A stretch of 64,000 bases of DNA from Eledone cirrhosa (Eukaryota), in contig OZ024743.1 in the NCBI GenBank assembly GCA_964016885.1, positions 223,634,001 to 223,698,000 on the forward strand, written 5' to 3'. The notes under the pieces were generated by a model that had not been told where the DNA came from, ran no database searches, and saw nothing but the letters and a program-made list of their open reading frames with translations. Positions 24,141-36,859 of this stretch are shown here, one piece after another. The position numbers were made by a program, and so were the translations under genes. Numbering within the stretch: the stretch's first letter is position 1; the number at the start of each line of letters is the position of its first letter.

Positions 24141-26753
24141 CCTCTCGCTTTCTCTCTCACTTTCTCCCCCTTCTCCATCTTTCACACACACTCTCACTCT
24201 TTCTCTGTCTCTCTCTATTTCTCACACACACACACACACACACACTTTCTCTCTCACACACTCACTTTCTCTCTTTCTCTCACACACACACTCTCACTCT
24301 CTCACACACACACATTCGCACTTTCTCTCTCTCTCACACACACACTATCTCTATCCGCCCACACACACACAAATTAGGCAGTTCACAAACGTGTGTACGT
24401 GTGTGTTTTGATTAAATTGAATTAAAGCTATTAAAGTAGCTTTGAAAACCAGCATTAAAAAAATTAAAGAAAAAAGTCAAGAACTGGTTAATTCAGTAGA
24501 CATACATACATACACACATACACATATATAGAACACAAGCACAAAGAATTCCTAAAGTGAAGGAATTTTGTGTGTCAATGTGACATGTACAGATGGAAAG
24601 AGAAGCAAAGAATTACACTGAGACTTCAGAATTTAACAACACCAAAACATTTCCTTACACTGCTTATGGTTTTTAAATAATTTGAAAAATAATCAAGAAT
24701 TTTGATAGATTTAGTAATATAACTTTCTCATTATTTATCTGATGTTTAGAACTTAATGGTTCTTAGATAAAATTATGAAGGAAAGTTTTTTAGGTAAATG
24801 TAAATATTTTAAATCAAACAGTTTTCCTTTGCAGAATCAAAGCTGGTTATAGGCGGTTCAGTATTAAAAGAGTTAAGTAAACTTCAGTACTTCATTAGTA
24901 CTTATTCTAATTTTGTTGGAAGGATTTCAATTCAGAATATAGATAGGCATAACTAAATACCACAAGGCATTTTCTACCCATTCTGCTATTATCAAATTAA
25001 CATTAAATCTTACATTACATTAATCCCACGATTGTGACTGTGAATGAAGAAAAGATGAGGTGGCGTCATAGTTTTGATTTTTGTTATTTCTAAGTTGACC
25101 ACTATCAAGTAGTCCTATGATCAAAAGCATTCCTGCTGTGGTTGTCCCATCACTTTTTATTTTATTTTATTTTTTGCAGGAATAGTGTAACATGAATTAC
25201 ATTATCCAATGTGTCCTATTTTAAGACAGTAGGAGTGTGAATTGAAAGTGATTTAGCTGCTATTTTTAGTAGGTCGATCAACCATGTGGAGGTTCCTTCA
25301 TTGGCTACTTTTGTGTGGGTGCTTGGGAAAATACTGAACGTCACACAATCTCATCTCCCCATAAATTTGGGTTTTTGCATCTATTTTCTAAGAAAACATA
25401 TTTTTACAGTAGAATGAAAGCTTGTGTTTTCAACCAAGGCAGAAACCAAGTTTATCTCAAACTGGGGGGGGGGGGGGGGTAGAGTTGATTGAATCACACA
25501 GTATGATGGTATTGATTCAATTGATCATACAATGACTGGTATTGATTACATCAATCACAACCAAAGGGATGAAAAGCAAAACTGCTCCTTACATGAAGGA
25601 TGTAACTGAATATTGTAAGTGCAGTTCTCTATTGTGGTAATGCTGGGGACAAAACAAAAAGTACCCAGTCCACCCTCTGATGGTGGTTGTGTTGGTGACA
25701 TTACAAAAAGCACCCATTCCACCATGTAAGGTAGTTGTGCTGTTGACATGGCAAAAAAAGCAACCAGTCCACCCTGTAGATGATCATGCTGGCGCCACAA
25801 TAAAAAAGCACCAGTCCACCCTTTCAGATGGTCATTTTGGTGCCATGGTAAAAAGCACCCAGTCCATGCTGCAATGTAGTTGGCATTAGAAGGAGCATCC
25901 AGCCATACAAACCAAGCCAGAAACAATTCCATATATCTTAGACTTGGTCACCTGACCTGACTTGTCTTCTAACATGATAAACCTTCTAATCCATTCGAGT
26001 ATAGAAAATAAGATGTTAAATGGTGATGATGGTCGGGCTTTCTAGCATTTTAATATTTTATCCCACTAAAGCAAAAAAAAAAAACAAAAAAAACCGAAAG
26101 AAAAAATTGATGGACCTCTAATCTCTGTGAGGGCCTCGAGGCTTTAGCCAAGCCAGACTTATGAATAATATGGCTCCGAGCACTGGCTATTGAGTAAACC
26201 CTTAGTATATTATAGGCATCACTTACACACACATACTGCTGACCCTGACAAAGGTGATCTTAGATGAATTTGAACTCAGAAGGCAAAAACTGAAATTTGT
26301 TTTATCCTTTTATTCCATTCGCATTTAAAATTTTATTTTTATATAAAACTTACATGATGAGCAATATCTCCTGTCCGTCTGTTAAGAAAGAGTTGTCCGT
26401 TTGTTACCCTACAAATCGTTGGATCTGCTTAAAATAACAGTCAAATCGCCCTCAAATTATACCCCATTAACTTAAAAATAAGGGACACGGTGGATAATAT
26501 ATTACGTCTGAAAAAAACGTAATGGTCATAGCTGGAAGGCTTTTGCTCCTTACGTCTGTTCACCAGGGGTAAACAATAACAGTAGCTACGTGTACAACGA
26601 CTAGTGCTCTAGTCACTGAGTTGTGGAAGTAAACTGACGAACTGCTAGAAATAAAAAAGATAAATCTTCCTCAAATCAAAGTCCAACATTTTGCTCTAAA
26701 GTTTCTGCCCATTAGATACTTTTAAGTAAAAAAGAGGTAAATATATAAAGAGG

Positions 26754-27189
26754 CACCCGCTGGGGTCCGTTAAGAAATTTTTATTTTTCCTGTTTTTTTT
26801 TTCCGACTAATCTGACCTTCGACATGCTCACCATCACCCCCCCCCCTCCCGAAAACGGAATGGCGTGTGTGCGGGGGGAGGGGGGGGGCTCGGAGTTTTC
26901 GGTGGGAATTTTTTTTTTCCTATGTTTTTCGTTTGTTTTCGACCGATCTGACATATGACTCACTCACAAGCGACTCCTTTTTCGGAAAGGAAGTGGGTGG
27001 TGGGGGGGGGGGTGGAGTTGGACCCTCGGAATTACAGATAAACACCTCTCAGCCGTTTAAAGAACCCGCTGGAGATCGCTAAGATTATTTTTTTCCCTAG
27101 GATTTTTTGCCCAGAATTCTATTTTCGAGAGAAAAAAAGTCGATTGCGAGCATGTCGGAGGTCAGATTAGTTGAAAACACGTAAAACGG

Positions 27190-27220
<31 letters not shown>

Positions 27221-27257
27221 GGAAAATAAAAATTTCTTAGAGAACTCTAGCGGGTGT
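26754..27257. mobile_element. Non-autonomous fold-back DNA transposon (MITE) with TIRs of about 75 bp
   Basis: cacccgctgg..taagaaattttt..actaatctgacct.cgacatgctc vs gagcatgtcggaggtcagattagt..aaatttcttag..agcgggtg. Confidence 0.6.
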
Positions 27258-27843
27258 TTAGCAAAAAAAAGTTGATCAAAGAATGTTTTCGATCATAGGT
27301 TTACGCGATTAGAGTTGACATGAAACTAAATATTCTTTTATTAAAACACCCATTAATTTCTTTTTCAATACCGGTACCTTTAAGTACAAAACTTTGAAAA
27401 TAAACTTTTTTTAAATATCTGGGTATGAGTGTTTTTATTTTATCAACCCCAGTGTTATAAATCGGACGATCTCCCCAACATTATCTGATTGACAATCCAG
27501 TTCAAGAAAAGAAAAGTGGGTTAATGTACGTTTCTCTGAGTACCACACCCATATTTTCTCGAGGGATGCTCTACACGGAGGTTCGACCCGCTAGAAATAA
27601 CAGTAAAAGCTCCCCAAATCGCTCTTTGTTAGGCTAGCCACTTCCTAGGATGCTTTATAGGAATCGGCCCTTAATCATAGGTTTGCTTGATCAGGGTTGA
27701 CGGAATCTAAACAACAGCAAACAGAAATATATATCTACATTTGTTAGATTTAACTAATGTGAGAAACAGACTTCATACCATAGGAGAGTTTAGTAGTTCA
27801 TTTTAAGGTGACACCAAATTCAAACACTTTCGTTGGAGTAGAT

Positions 27844-28076
27844 ATAATAATAATGATTTCATTTATTGGCCACAAGGGCCGACATGTAGGGGACAATACA
27901 AAGACAGGGACAGTGGGGGTTTACAATAAGGTCGAGTAAAAGTGCACAATGGCAAAACTAATTTAACAATGAAGATACACAAATATAAAATAAACTATGT
28001 ATAAATATAACAAAATAAATAAATTCCCCTATCGGGGGTGGACGACCCAGGGGTGACTTTCCATAAAAAAAGCTTC
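27844..28076 (-). mobile_element. 3' UTR fragment of the Tx1-like LINE family
   Basis: RC ...cccttgtggccaataaatgaaatc(att)n matches the 3' ends at 48440, 56765 and 62830; abuts the (ATT)n tail of a CR1 fragment. Confidence 0.75.
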
Positions 28077-28190
28077 TAATAATAATAATAATAATGAAAT
28101 TATTGTGTACAGTGCTCAGATGCACTACAGCTCGCCAAAAGTGCATGTATAGTACATAGAATAATGTACAAATGTCAGGAAAGCGAACAT
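28077..28190 (-). mobile_element. CR1-type LINE 3' end
   Basis: RC matches 38100-38190 (tgagcactgtacacaataatttc(att)n). Confidence 0.75.
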
Positions 28191-28474
28191 ACTGAAATTA
28201 TTCAAGAAATGTTTTCTATTGTTGTATGATTTACTTTCGACTTGTTTTCCAAACTAAACTAACCACAACCTGACCATCTGTTTGTAACACTGTAAAGGGT
28301 ATGCTAGAAGTAAATATCTAAGGTTTCTTAAAAATTTGAAGGGATAGGGTTGGAGAAAGGGGTACTTGCTCTTGTTTTGTTCTCATTTTCAAGATTTCCT
28401 GTCAAGAAATAATAGCTAAGGATTATATATATATATATATATAGTGAAATAAGATAACAAGGACGTTTATGGTT

Positions 28475-28559
28475 GGTGACGCGCGTTTCGTCACTGATCA
28501 GCTCACGGTTCGATCTGTATCGATCTGACCCGACTCTGTAATCTGCGGCTCGTCAGACC
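28475..28559 (-). ncRNA. Type I hammerhead ribozyme with branched or extended stem II, in PLE-like insert 28443-28698
   Basis: RC: ggt-CTGACGA-gccgc...gtgac-GAAA-cgcgcg-TC-acc; insert flanked by (TA)n and has an 18-bp inverted repeat. Confidence 0.7.
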
Positions 28560-28695
28560 GCTTGTAATGTTAATGGAAAAATGGAAAAATTGTTATCTTA
28601 TTTCACTGTCTAGCTCTACACCTCGACACTGAAGGGAACCTAAACACCGAGTGCTCACCCGCGTGAACCTACAGTTACTCCAAGTTACACTCCCT

Positions 28696-28737
<42 letters not shown>

Positions 28738-28869
28738 GTAAAAGTTATATTTAATTTGTTGGGATACAACAAGCAAATATTTTTATAACTGATATAAGGC
28801 ACTCAACAAAATTTTGGAGTAAAAATACAATATATTAACAAATGGAAACTATATTTATAAAACCATATT

Positions 28870-28934
28870 TATTTCATTATACATATTTCAAGGACACCAA
28901 AGCAAATTATGGTGCGCTTTCATCAGATAAAATA
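28870..28934 (-). ncRNA. Type I hammerhead ribozyme in PLE-like insert 28733-28950
   Basis: RC: tattttat-CTGATGA-aagcgcacca...tggtgtcctt-GAAA-tatgta-TA-atgaaata; same family as 31041-31480. Confidence 0.75.
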
Positions 28935-28949
28935 TAATATAGATCGGTT

Positions 28950-29055
28950 TTATACTCAATACTTAGGGTAGTAGAGTGGGTAATAGCAACGAGTAGAACC
29001 CCGACGGCTGAGCCGTCGAAACGGCTTGAGCTCAGCCGTCGGGGTCCTACTCGTT

Positions 29056-29058
<3 letters not shown>
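28950..29058 (-). mobile_element. Fold-back PLE-like remnant with half hammerhead, same family as 15087-15248
   Basis: aacgagtagaaccccgacggctgag...GAAAcggct..agccgTCggggtcctactcgtt. Confidence 0.55.
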
Positions 29059-29120
<62 letters not shown>

Positions 29121-30281
29121 AATTTTTATGGAAGGAGATATCCACTTAAGTTTTTTTTATCTATCAAGATGAATTGAAGTTCAATGTGTTTGTTGAATGC
29201 TCTGCCACTTACACGTTCATTTAACGAGAGTTCGAGCACCTGTCTACGGAATCGCCAACAATAACAAACAACAACAATGCGCGTATATATATATATAATC
29301 ATAAACGCCGTTCTGGCTGCTCTGTGTGTATGTATATGTGTATGTGTATGTGTTTGGAAACAAATAAGTAGATTGAATGTATGCAATGATGATGATAATT
29401 GCAAGGATCAAGTCAAAATGAACTTACAAGATTCTATTTCTTTCTCAGATGCTGCCATGATCTTTCTGTATTTCCTTCTTTCTTTCTCGAGTAACTTTAT
29501 ATTTATTTTGTATATATAAATATTTTCTGGAATGGGACGTTAAGTTTTTGGAAGGGGTGAGTGTTAATAACACCCCCAAAAATTCCAAATACTTTTTGTA
29601 AAAGACGAATTCATAATATATATACGAATGTATGCATGTGTGTATGTGTGTGTATATATATATGTGTGTGTGTGATTATCTCAGCTTTGAATGAATGGAT
29701 GGAAGGGAAAGAGAAGAGAGTAGGATTAAATTATGATATAGAAAAAGTTGGGTAGTTTATTTAAACCACCAGTAAAGAAATTTTATGTAAATTTTACATA
29801 CAAAATTTTCCCCCCAAAAATTAATAATATTCTTTAAAATTATCTAAAAGAGGAAAGAAAAGAAGAATGGCAAACCCCCCAGCGAAAACATAAAATATAT
29901 ATGTATATATATTGTTTTTTTTAAACTCCAGACGGCAACAGCAAGTATTACCGGTAGACGAATGTAAGAACTGGTTTGTTGGTAATTTGGTGGTCTAATA
30001 ATGTTAGTGGTGGTAACGGTTGAGAAAGTGTGTGTACATTAGCCTACTGCCACTGTAGAAGCAACTTTGAAGAAGTTTTGCCATAACTTTAGAAACACCC
30101 TCTTTTCTCATTCATGGGAAATAGTGACGTTTGTCGGCGTTGCGCGCACACAGACACAACAATATATAAATACACTTACTTACTCGTACTAATACATTGC
30201 TACACATTTATACAGTTACACTCATTGATATATATATATATATATATATACAAGTTAAACAGGCACATTATTGAATAGTTA

Positions 30282-30415
30282 GAGCCCTTGTCATTCTGAG
30301 TTCAAATCCCGCTGAGGTTAACTTTGCCTTTCATCCTTACGGGGTCGATAAAATAAAGTACCAGTAATGCTCTGGGTAATTTCTGGGCTTGTGCCAAACG
30401 TAGAAACAATTATTG
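30282..30415 (+). mobile_element. SINE family A (5'-truncated)
   Basis: Shared body sequence. Confidence 0.8.
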
Positions 30416-31005
30416 AATAGTTAGAGATATTATTTCAGGGTAGGAGATCATTGAAATTGCTAGAAATACCAGCCAAACACCGGAAAATAGACACTCTACT
30501 GTCTTAGATAAAGAAAAAAGAGACACTAGAAAATATTACTTCCAGATATACAGTGACGGATGAAACTGAACATTTAATCTAGGTATAATATATTATTTAT
30601 GGTATAAAAAACAAAATAATTGTGCAGCTCCGGCTACAGTCCGTTAGCAGTAGCCGTACATCAGCCACGGCAGATACCCTTAAAAAGATGGGACAGTCAT
30701 GGTTTTGCTCAGTACGGGGTAACCTGGGGCTAAACAACAACTTCAGAATATTAACACTGATTCAGAATATGTATATCACACTTATTCCATCATTTACATG
30801 TCGTTTATACATATATCAATATATGTTATACATACATAGAAAAGTTAATGCAAGTTTACACACTGACGTATGAATGCATGTATGTATGTATGTTTGTATG
30901 TGTGTGTGTGCGTGCGTGCGTGCGTGTGTGTGCGCGCGCACGCATGTATGTATGTATGTTTGATCCATGCAAGCATGGAAAATGGACGTTAAATGATGAT
31001 GATGA

Positions 31006-31044
<39 letters not shown>

Positions 31045-31082
31045 ATATTAATAAATGGAAACTATATTTATAAAACCATAAT

Positions 31083-31148
31083 TATTTTATTATATATATT
31101 TCAAGGGCAACCCAGGCAAATTATGGTGCGCTTTCATCAGATAAAATA
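31083..31148 (-). ncRNA. Type I hammerhead ribozyme (minus arm)
   Basis: Near-exact reverse complement of 31279-31344. Confidence 0.75.
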
Positions 31149-31278
31149 CAGATTTGTTTTATAAATAAATATTGACAACCTTAACGGTTGAAGCTTCCTG
31201 GATAGTATCCAGGAAGCTTCAACCGTTAAGGTTCTCTTTTTTCCGGGTATGTCAATATTTATTTATAAAACAAATCTG

Positions 31279-31344
31279 TATTTTATCTGATGAAAGTGCA
31301 CCATAATTTGCCTGGGTTGCCCTTGAAATATATATAATAAAATA
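31279..31344 (+). ncRNA. Type I hammerhead ribozyme
   Basis: tattttat-CTGATGA-aagtgcacc...gggttgccctt-GAAA-tatata-TA-ataaaata; perfect 8-bp stem I, palindromic stem III. Confidence 0.78.
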
Positions 31345-31513
31345 ATTATGGTTTTATAAATATAGTTTCCATTTATTAATATATTGAATATTTACTCCAC
31401 TAATTTATTGAGTGCTTTATATCAGTTATAAAAATGTTTAAGCTTGTTGAATCCCAACAAATTAAATATAACCTCTGCATATATATATATAAGATATTAA
31501 TTTAACAATGATA

Positions 31514-31692
31514 ATAATTGGTTCTACTTTTGGCACAAGGCCAGCAATTACCCAGTACATTACTAGTACTTTATCTTATCGACCCCCTAAGGATGAAAGG
31601 CAAAGTTAACCTCGGCGGGATTTGAACTCAGACCGTAAAGAGACGTAACTATGCTGGAAAGCATGGCGTCCGACCCTCTACCGATACTGCCT
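31514..31692 (-). mobile_element. SINE family A
   Basis: Shared body sequence. Confidence 0.85.
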
Positions 31693-32030
31693 AACAAAGG
31701 CAAGTTATTTTACATATTTCTTTCATTGTTTTACGATTGTTTTGGAGGGTTGATCATATTGATATATTGACTGATCTATAGCAGTTAGAGAACCATATAC
31801 TATCAGACATAATATATGGGTTCGATCATACCATCTTCTTTGGAAACAATGAAGTTAGAATCTTTATTGGTAATATATAAACAGGGTAGATAAAGAATAG
31901 ACATACCATACATATATATATTCAAGATTGCCTCCTTTGATTGATAAAGATAGTGGAAGCAGTGTTCTAGGATCCTGTCCCCACCATCATTTGAGGAGTA
32001 AATAGACCACATTGAATATATATATATATG

Positions 32031-32094
<64 letters not shown>

Positions 32095-32105
32095 TAACAG
32101 ATTAA

Positions 32106-32156
32106 AGTTTAAGCAAAGAATCGCTGCTTTCACCCTTAACGGGATCTTCTGAAACT
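32106..32156 (-). ncRNA. Hammerhead-like motif (U4A core variant), minus arm of palindrome 32089-32303
   Basis: Near-exact RC of 32235-32285. Confidence 0.5.
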
Positions 32157-32234
32157 AACAAAGTCAATCTGTAAACGCAGAAGTGGATATTTCAAAAAAC
32201 CTTGCAACCGGAGGAAGACAGGAAGACGATACTT

Positions 32235-32285
32235 AGTTTCAGAAGATCCCATTAAGGGTGAAAGCAGCGATTCTTTGCTTAAACT
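32235..32285 (+). ncRNA. Hammerhead-like motif (U4A core variant)
   Basis: agttt-CAGAAGA-tccc(attaa)gggt-GAAA-gca(gcgattctt)tgc-TT-aaact. Confidence 0.52.
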
Positions 32286-32601
32286 TTAATCTGTTATTTT
32301 AATAAATATTTGCTCTACGGTTCTTATATATTTGATATATATTTATCCTTATCGAGCCCTCTTTGGATTTTAGTCTTCAAATTTATTATTATTACTATAT
32401 ATATATATATTTATAATAATAATACTATTTATAGTTATGTATATGCTATAAACAACTATAAACAGGAAAGGTCAGTAATTTTCTACTACCTTATTACCAG
32501 TAAGAGAAATAGCTCAATGTAAGAATATCAGTTGTTTTACAGAGTAGGAAAATATTGTTCAGTTGAATAGGAGGTTAATTATATGTGCAAACATTGATAA
32601 T

Positions 32602-32646
32602 GCTCTGATGACTCCAAATGAGAGTTTGGAAGAAACGATTGTCAGC
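32602..32646 (+). ncRNA. Type I hammerhead ribozyme
   Basis: gct-CTGATGA-ctccaaa(tgagag)tttggaa-GAAA-cgattg-TC-agc; GUC site; insert 32410-32690 is flanked by TA-rich tracts. Confidence 0.75.
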
Positions 32647-33687
32647 TATTAAATGATTTGAACACAACTTTGATAATTGTCTAATTTATTTATATATATT
32701 TATATATATATGTATATGTAAACTTAGTGACTATGTATGTATAATATTTAGCCCTTCTTCAGGAGTACAAAAAAGAGAGCCAGGATCACAAAGGATAGAT
32801 ACAGATATATATCTAATTATCATTATCATCATCATCCTCATCATTTAATGTCTGTTTTCCATGCTAACAAGCATGGATAAAGTTAGTTCTTATTCAGAAC
32901 TATCAACCTTTCAGACTGGCCAAGAGCCTGTTTCTCACATACATTCCAGCACTCTACAGAGTCCACTGGGTGCATTTCATCATGGCACCAGTACTAGGGA
33001 GGTTGTCATGTCTTTGACACAACTGATGAGTTCTCTCAACACCTTTTGGCATGATGTCTAAAGTTGGATGCCCTTCTTATATCAGCTACCTTACAGTGTG
33101 TACCAAGTGATATTTTTCATGGAGCCAGCACTAGAGAGGTTGTTGTGTAATAGGTTGTCGCATCGGAACTTCCAATTGTCTTCTATGCCATATGTATCTA
33201 GCTCCTCCCTGCTTTTGTCATATACATTTCATAAAGATCTCCAGAACTTATATTTAACAGAAAAGTCTTTTAGCTTCCTTACTCTCCTCTAACAAATTTT
33301 CCAGCATTTCTTCTTCTCTCTTGTGCTTATTCTGATGTCATTAATAGCTAACTTATGTTGGGTATTGCATTCTTTGCTGAACCTTTTCTGTTTGTTCATA
33401 ATCCCAAAGTAAATCATGCAACCAATAAAGACATAACAATTAATGAGGATCAAACATGAGCAAACAAAACATGAAAGCCTACATGCCAGGATCAGTATTA
33501 TATGGAATCAATATAACCCACAATATACTGAAGGTCTTCTGGTGCAAATAAAATGACAGCATTTCATAAAATTATTCCCAGTAACTGATAAAGAAACAAC
33601 AAAAGGAATAAAACAATATTTTTGATATTCATGGGAAAAATAATATTTCAAACCATTAACATCATATTTTTTTGTGTTTTCTTTTAA

Positions 33688-33894
33688 CCCTTTAGCATTT
33701 AAACCAGATGTATCTAGCCAGAATTCTGTCCCCCTCTTTCTGTTCAAACCAGCTGTAACTGGCTGATCATATTGATGTTAAGGTATTATTCTCAAAATAA
33801 ATAATATCAAAATCTCAGATTCGATATTATGTGAAATAAAGTCTTTACCATGAAAATATAATAGTAAATATGGAATAATGTAAATGTTAAAGGG
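33688..33894. mobile_element. piggyBac-type MITE
   Basis: TTAA TSDs (33684-33687, 33895-33898); TIR ccctttagcattta / taaatgttaaaggg. Confidence 0.8.
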
Positions 33895-33919
33895 TTAAAA
33901 CAACATTTCTAACACTGTA

Positions 33920-33920
33920 T

Positions 33921-33965
<45 letters not shown>

Positions 33966-33992
33966 TAGTAGTAATAGTAGTAGTAATGGTAT

Positions 33993-34030
<38 letters not shown>

Positions 34031-34111
34031 ATAGTAATAGTTGTAATTGTAGTAGTAGAAGTAATGGTAGTAGTAGTAGTTGTAATAGTAGTAGTAGTAG
34101 TAGTAGTAGCT

Positions 34112-34154
<43 letters not shown>

Positions 34155-34155
34155 C
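33920..34155. repeat. (TAG)n microsatellite
   Basis: Direct reading. Confidence 0.95.
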
Positions 34156-34259
34156 TGGCGTTAGTATCTAATTCCAGATGAACAGTGATCATTCTATTTT
34201 TTGTATAGATGGGAAAACACTAAAACTGAGTCCATAGTACTAAAATGATGCAGGGGCTG

Positions 34260-34805
34260 ATAGTGTATAAGGTGTAGTGGTGGTGGTGATGGTGGTAGTA
34301 GTGGTTGTAGTGGTAGTAGTGGTGTATAAGGTGTAGTGGTGGTGGTGGTGGTAGTAGTAGTGGTGGTGGTGGTGTATAAGGTGTAGTGGTGGTAGCAGTG
34401 GTGTATAAGGTGTAGTGGTGGTGGTGATGGTGGTAGTAGTGGTTGTAGTGGTAGTAGTGGTGTATAAGGTGTAGTGGTGGTGGTGGTGGTGTATAAGGTG
34501 TAGTGGTGGTGGTGGTGGTAGCAGTGGTGTATAACGTGTAGTGGTGGTGTTGGTGGTGGTGGTGGTGGTAGTAGTGGTGCATAAGGTGTAGTGGTGGTGG
34601 TGGTAGTGGTGGTGGTGGTGGTGGTAGTAGTGGTGTATAAGGTGTAGTAGTGGTGGTGATGGTGGTGGTGGTGGTGGTGGTAGTAGTGGTGTATAAGGTG
34701 TAGTAGTGGTGGTGATGGTGGTGGTGGTGGTGATAGTGGTGTTGGTGGTGGTGGTGGTGATGTATAAGGTGTAGTGGTGGAAGTTGTGCTGGTGTATAAA
34801 GTGAA
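34260..34805. repeat. Compound minisatellite gtgtataaggtgtag + (TGG/TAG)n
   Basis: About 12 recurrences of gtataaggtgtagt separated by variable triplet runs. Confidence 0.85.
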
Positions 34806-35097
34806 GGCATTAGGCCTATTGCTTCAGCTATTGAGGTATTATGTGAATTTTTGCCAATGAAATACCGCCTATTCCGTAGTTTCATCACCTCGGCAGATAT
34901 AGTGGGGGTGGGGGCACTACAGGTAGAAGCAGTCACGGTTCCCCAGACATGTATGCTAATATATCCTATGTTGAAGTGTTGTTAGTGCCAAAGGTGGAGG
35001 TCTTGGACTCCCCATTGTTGCTGGGGGTGGGAGGGGGTCGACATACAGGAATGATTGAGGTGTTGTTGAGATGGCTATCACCTAACGTGTGTATGGT

Positions 35098-35256
35098 CAG
35101 GGCCGTCTTAACGCATGGGCGCGCTGGGCAGTTGCCCGGGGGCCCCACGAGGATAGGGGGCCCATTTGTATTTTTATTCCTGTGAGTGGCTGTGTAGGGA
35201 GGGGCCACAGGGCTCTGCTTTGCCCGGAGGCCTATAATGCTGTTAAGACGGCCCTG
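35098..35256. mobile_element. hAT-type MITE
   Basis: Perfect 15-bp TIRs cagggccgtcttaac/gttaagacggccctg and perfect 8-bp TSD tgtatggt. Confidence 0.88.
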
Positions 35257-35509
35257 TGTATGGTGTATCATCATCATCACTGTTTGGCGTCCATTTTCCA
35301 GCCTAGCATGGGTTAGATGAGTTGCCATGTTGTGGGCAATGCTAGGTCAGGTGACCATATCTTGCACATACAGAACTGTTTTCTTTTACATATGTAATAT
35401 ATAAGGGTTATATATATGTATGTAAATGAGAGTGTGTGTATGTGTGGGGATGTTAGTATGCTCACATAATTAAACACACACACATATACATGCATATGTA
35501 TGCATGTAT

Positions 35510-35900
35510 ATGGCTTAGTGGTTAGAGCATTGGGCTTGCAATCGAAAGGTGTGAGTTCAATTCTCAGACCGGGTGATGCGTTGTGTCCTTGAGCAAGACA
35601 CTTTATTTCACATTGCTCCAGTTTACTCGGCTGTAGAAATGAGATGATAGGGACTGAGGTCCCTATCATTCCACTGCAAAATGGTCATGGAGGTGCCATG
35701 GCAAAAAAGCACCCAGTACTCACTGTAAATGAGGCTGGTGTTAGGAAGGGCATCCAGCTGTAGAAATCAAGCCAGAATCAGTTCCCGTATGAACAAGACA
35801 AGGTCAGTCGACCAGACACTGCTCACAACAGGACAACTCGTCTAACCCATGCTAGCATGAAAGAATGGACGTAAAACGGTAATGATGATGATGATGATAT
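35510..35900 (+). mobile_element. Composite SINE: tRNA-like head + family B core + RTE 3' tail, (ATG)n end
   Basis: ggcttagtggttagagca..gagttcaattc head; 3' half matches the RTE 3' UTR; further copies at 36165-36457 (+) and 36585-36865 (-). Confidence 0.75.
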
Positions 35901-36859
35901 ATATATATATATAGTATTCTGGTTTTATCATTCACCAGTCAATGAAAAGCTGGTTTCTCAAGGCTCTTTGATTGGAATTTAGACAAAAATAAATAAGGTA
36001 CTCATGCATATATGTATCTGCAGATGTATATATGAGTTCCTGCACATCATTTCATGTGTAGAACTCCATATCTTTGTATATCTAATTGTACATATACATG
36101 TTTCTTTATCTATATATGTGTACATGTATGTAATATATATGGATAAATAAATATATGTATAAATTATTTCACATTGCTCCAGTTTACTCAGCTGTAGAAA
36201 TGAGATGATAGGACTAGGGTCCCTATCATTCCACGGCAAAGTGGTCGTGGAGGTTCCACGGCAAAAAAGCACCCAGCACACACTGTAAATGAGGTTGGTG
36301 TTAGGAAGGGCATCCAGCTGTAGAAATCAAGCCAGAATCAGTTCCCGTATGAGCAAGACAAGGTCAGCCGACCGGACACTGCCCACAACAGGACAACCCG
36401 TCTAACCCATGCTAGCGTGGAAGAATGGACGTAAAACAGTGATGATGATGATGATGAAATTACATACATATATTAATATGTATATATGTAATATGTATGT
36501 ATGCAATATATTTATATGTTACATATATATATATATAATATATATGTATGTAATATATGGAATATATGTATTATTTCATTTTTCATTTCATTTTACGTCC
36601 GCTTTTCCCTGCTTGCAAGGGTGGGACGGGAACTGATTCTGGCTTGATTTCTTCAGCTGGATGCCCTTCCTAACACCAACCTCATTTACAGTGAGTGCTG
36701 GGTGCTTTTTTGCCGTGGCACCTCCACGACCACTTTGCAGTGGAATGATATGGACCCCAACCCCTATCATCTCATTTCTACAGCTGAGTAAACTGGAGCA
36801 ATGTGAAATAAAGTGTCTTGCTCAAGGAAACAACACATCACCCGGTCTGAGAATTGAAC

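Larger units (their letters stand above)
31041..31480 (+). mobile_element. Palindromic PLE-like insert in (TA)n
   Basis: Arms of about 135 bp (31041-31176 / 31251-31386), inner 28-bp hairpin 31177-31233, unique 3' tail; a tail fragment also occurs at 39010-39068. Confidence 0.75.

Noticed and set aside
34260-34805. Repeat-spacer-like pattern suggesting CRISPR
   Set aside because: The spacers are TGG/TAG triplet runs, the context is eukaryotic and there are no cas genes
35913-36005. Possible PLE remnant with GAAA-ccag..ctgg hairpin on the minus strand
   Set aside because: No core strand and no valid UH site; too decayed to call
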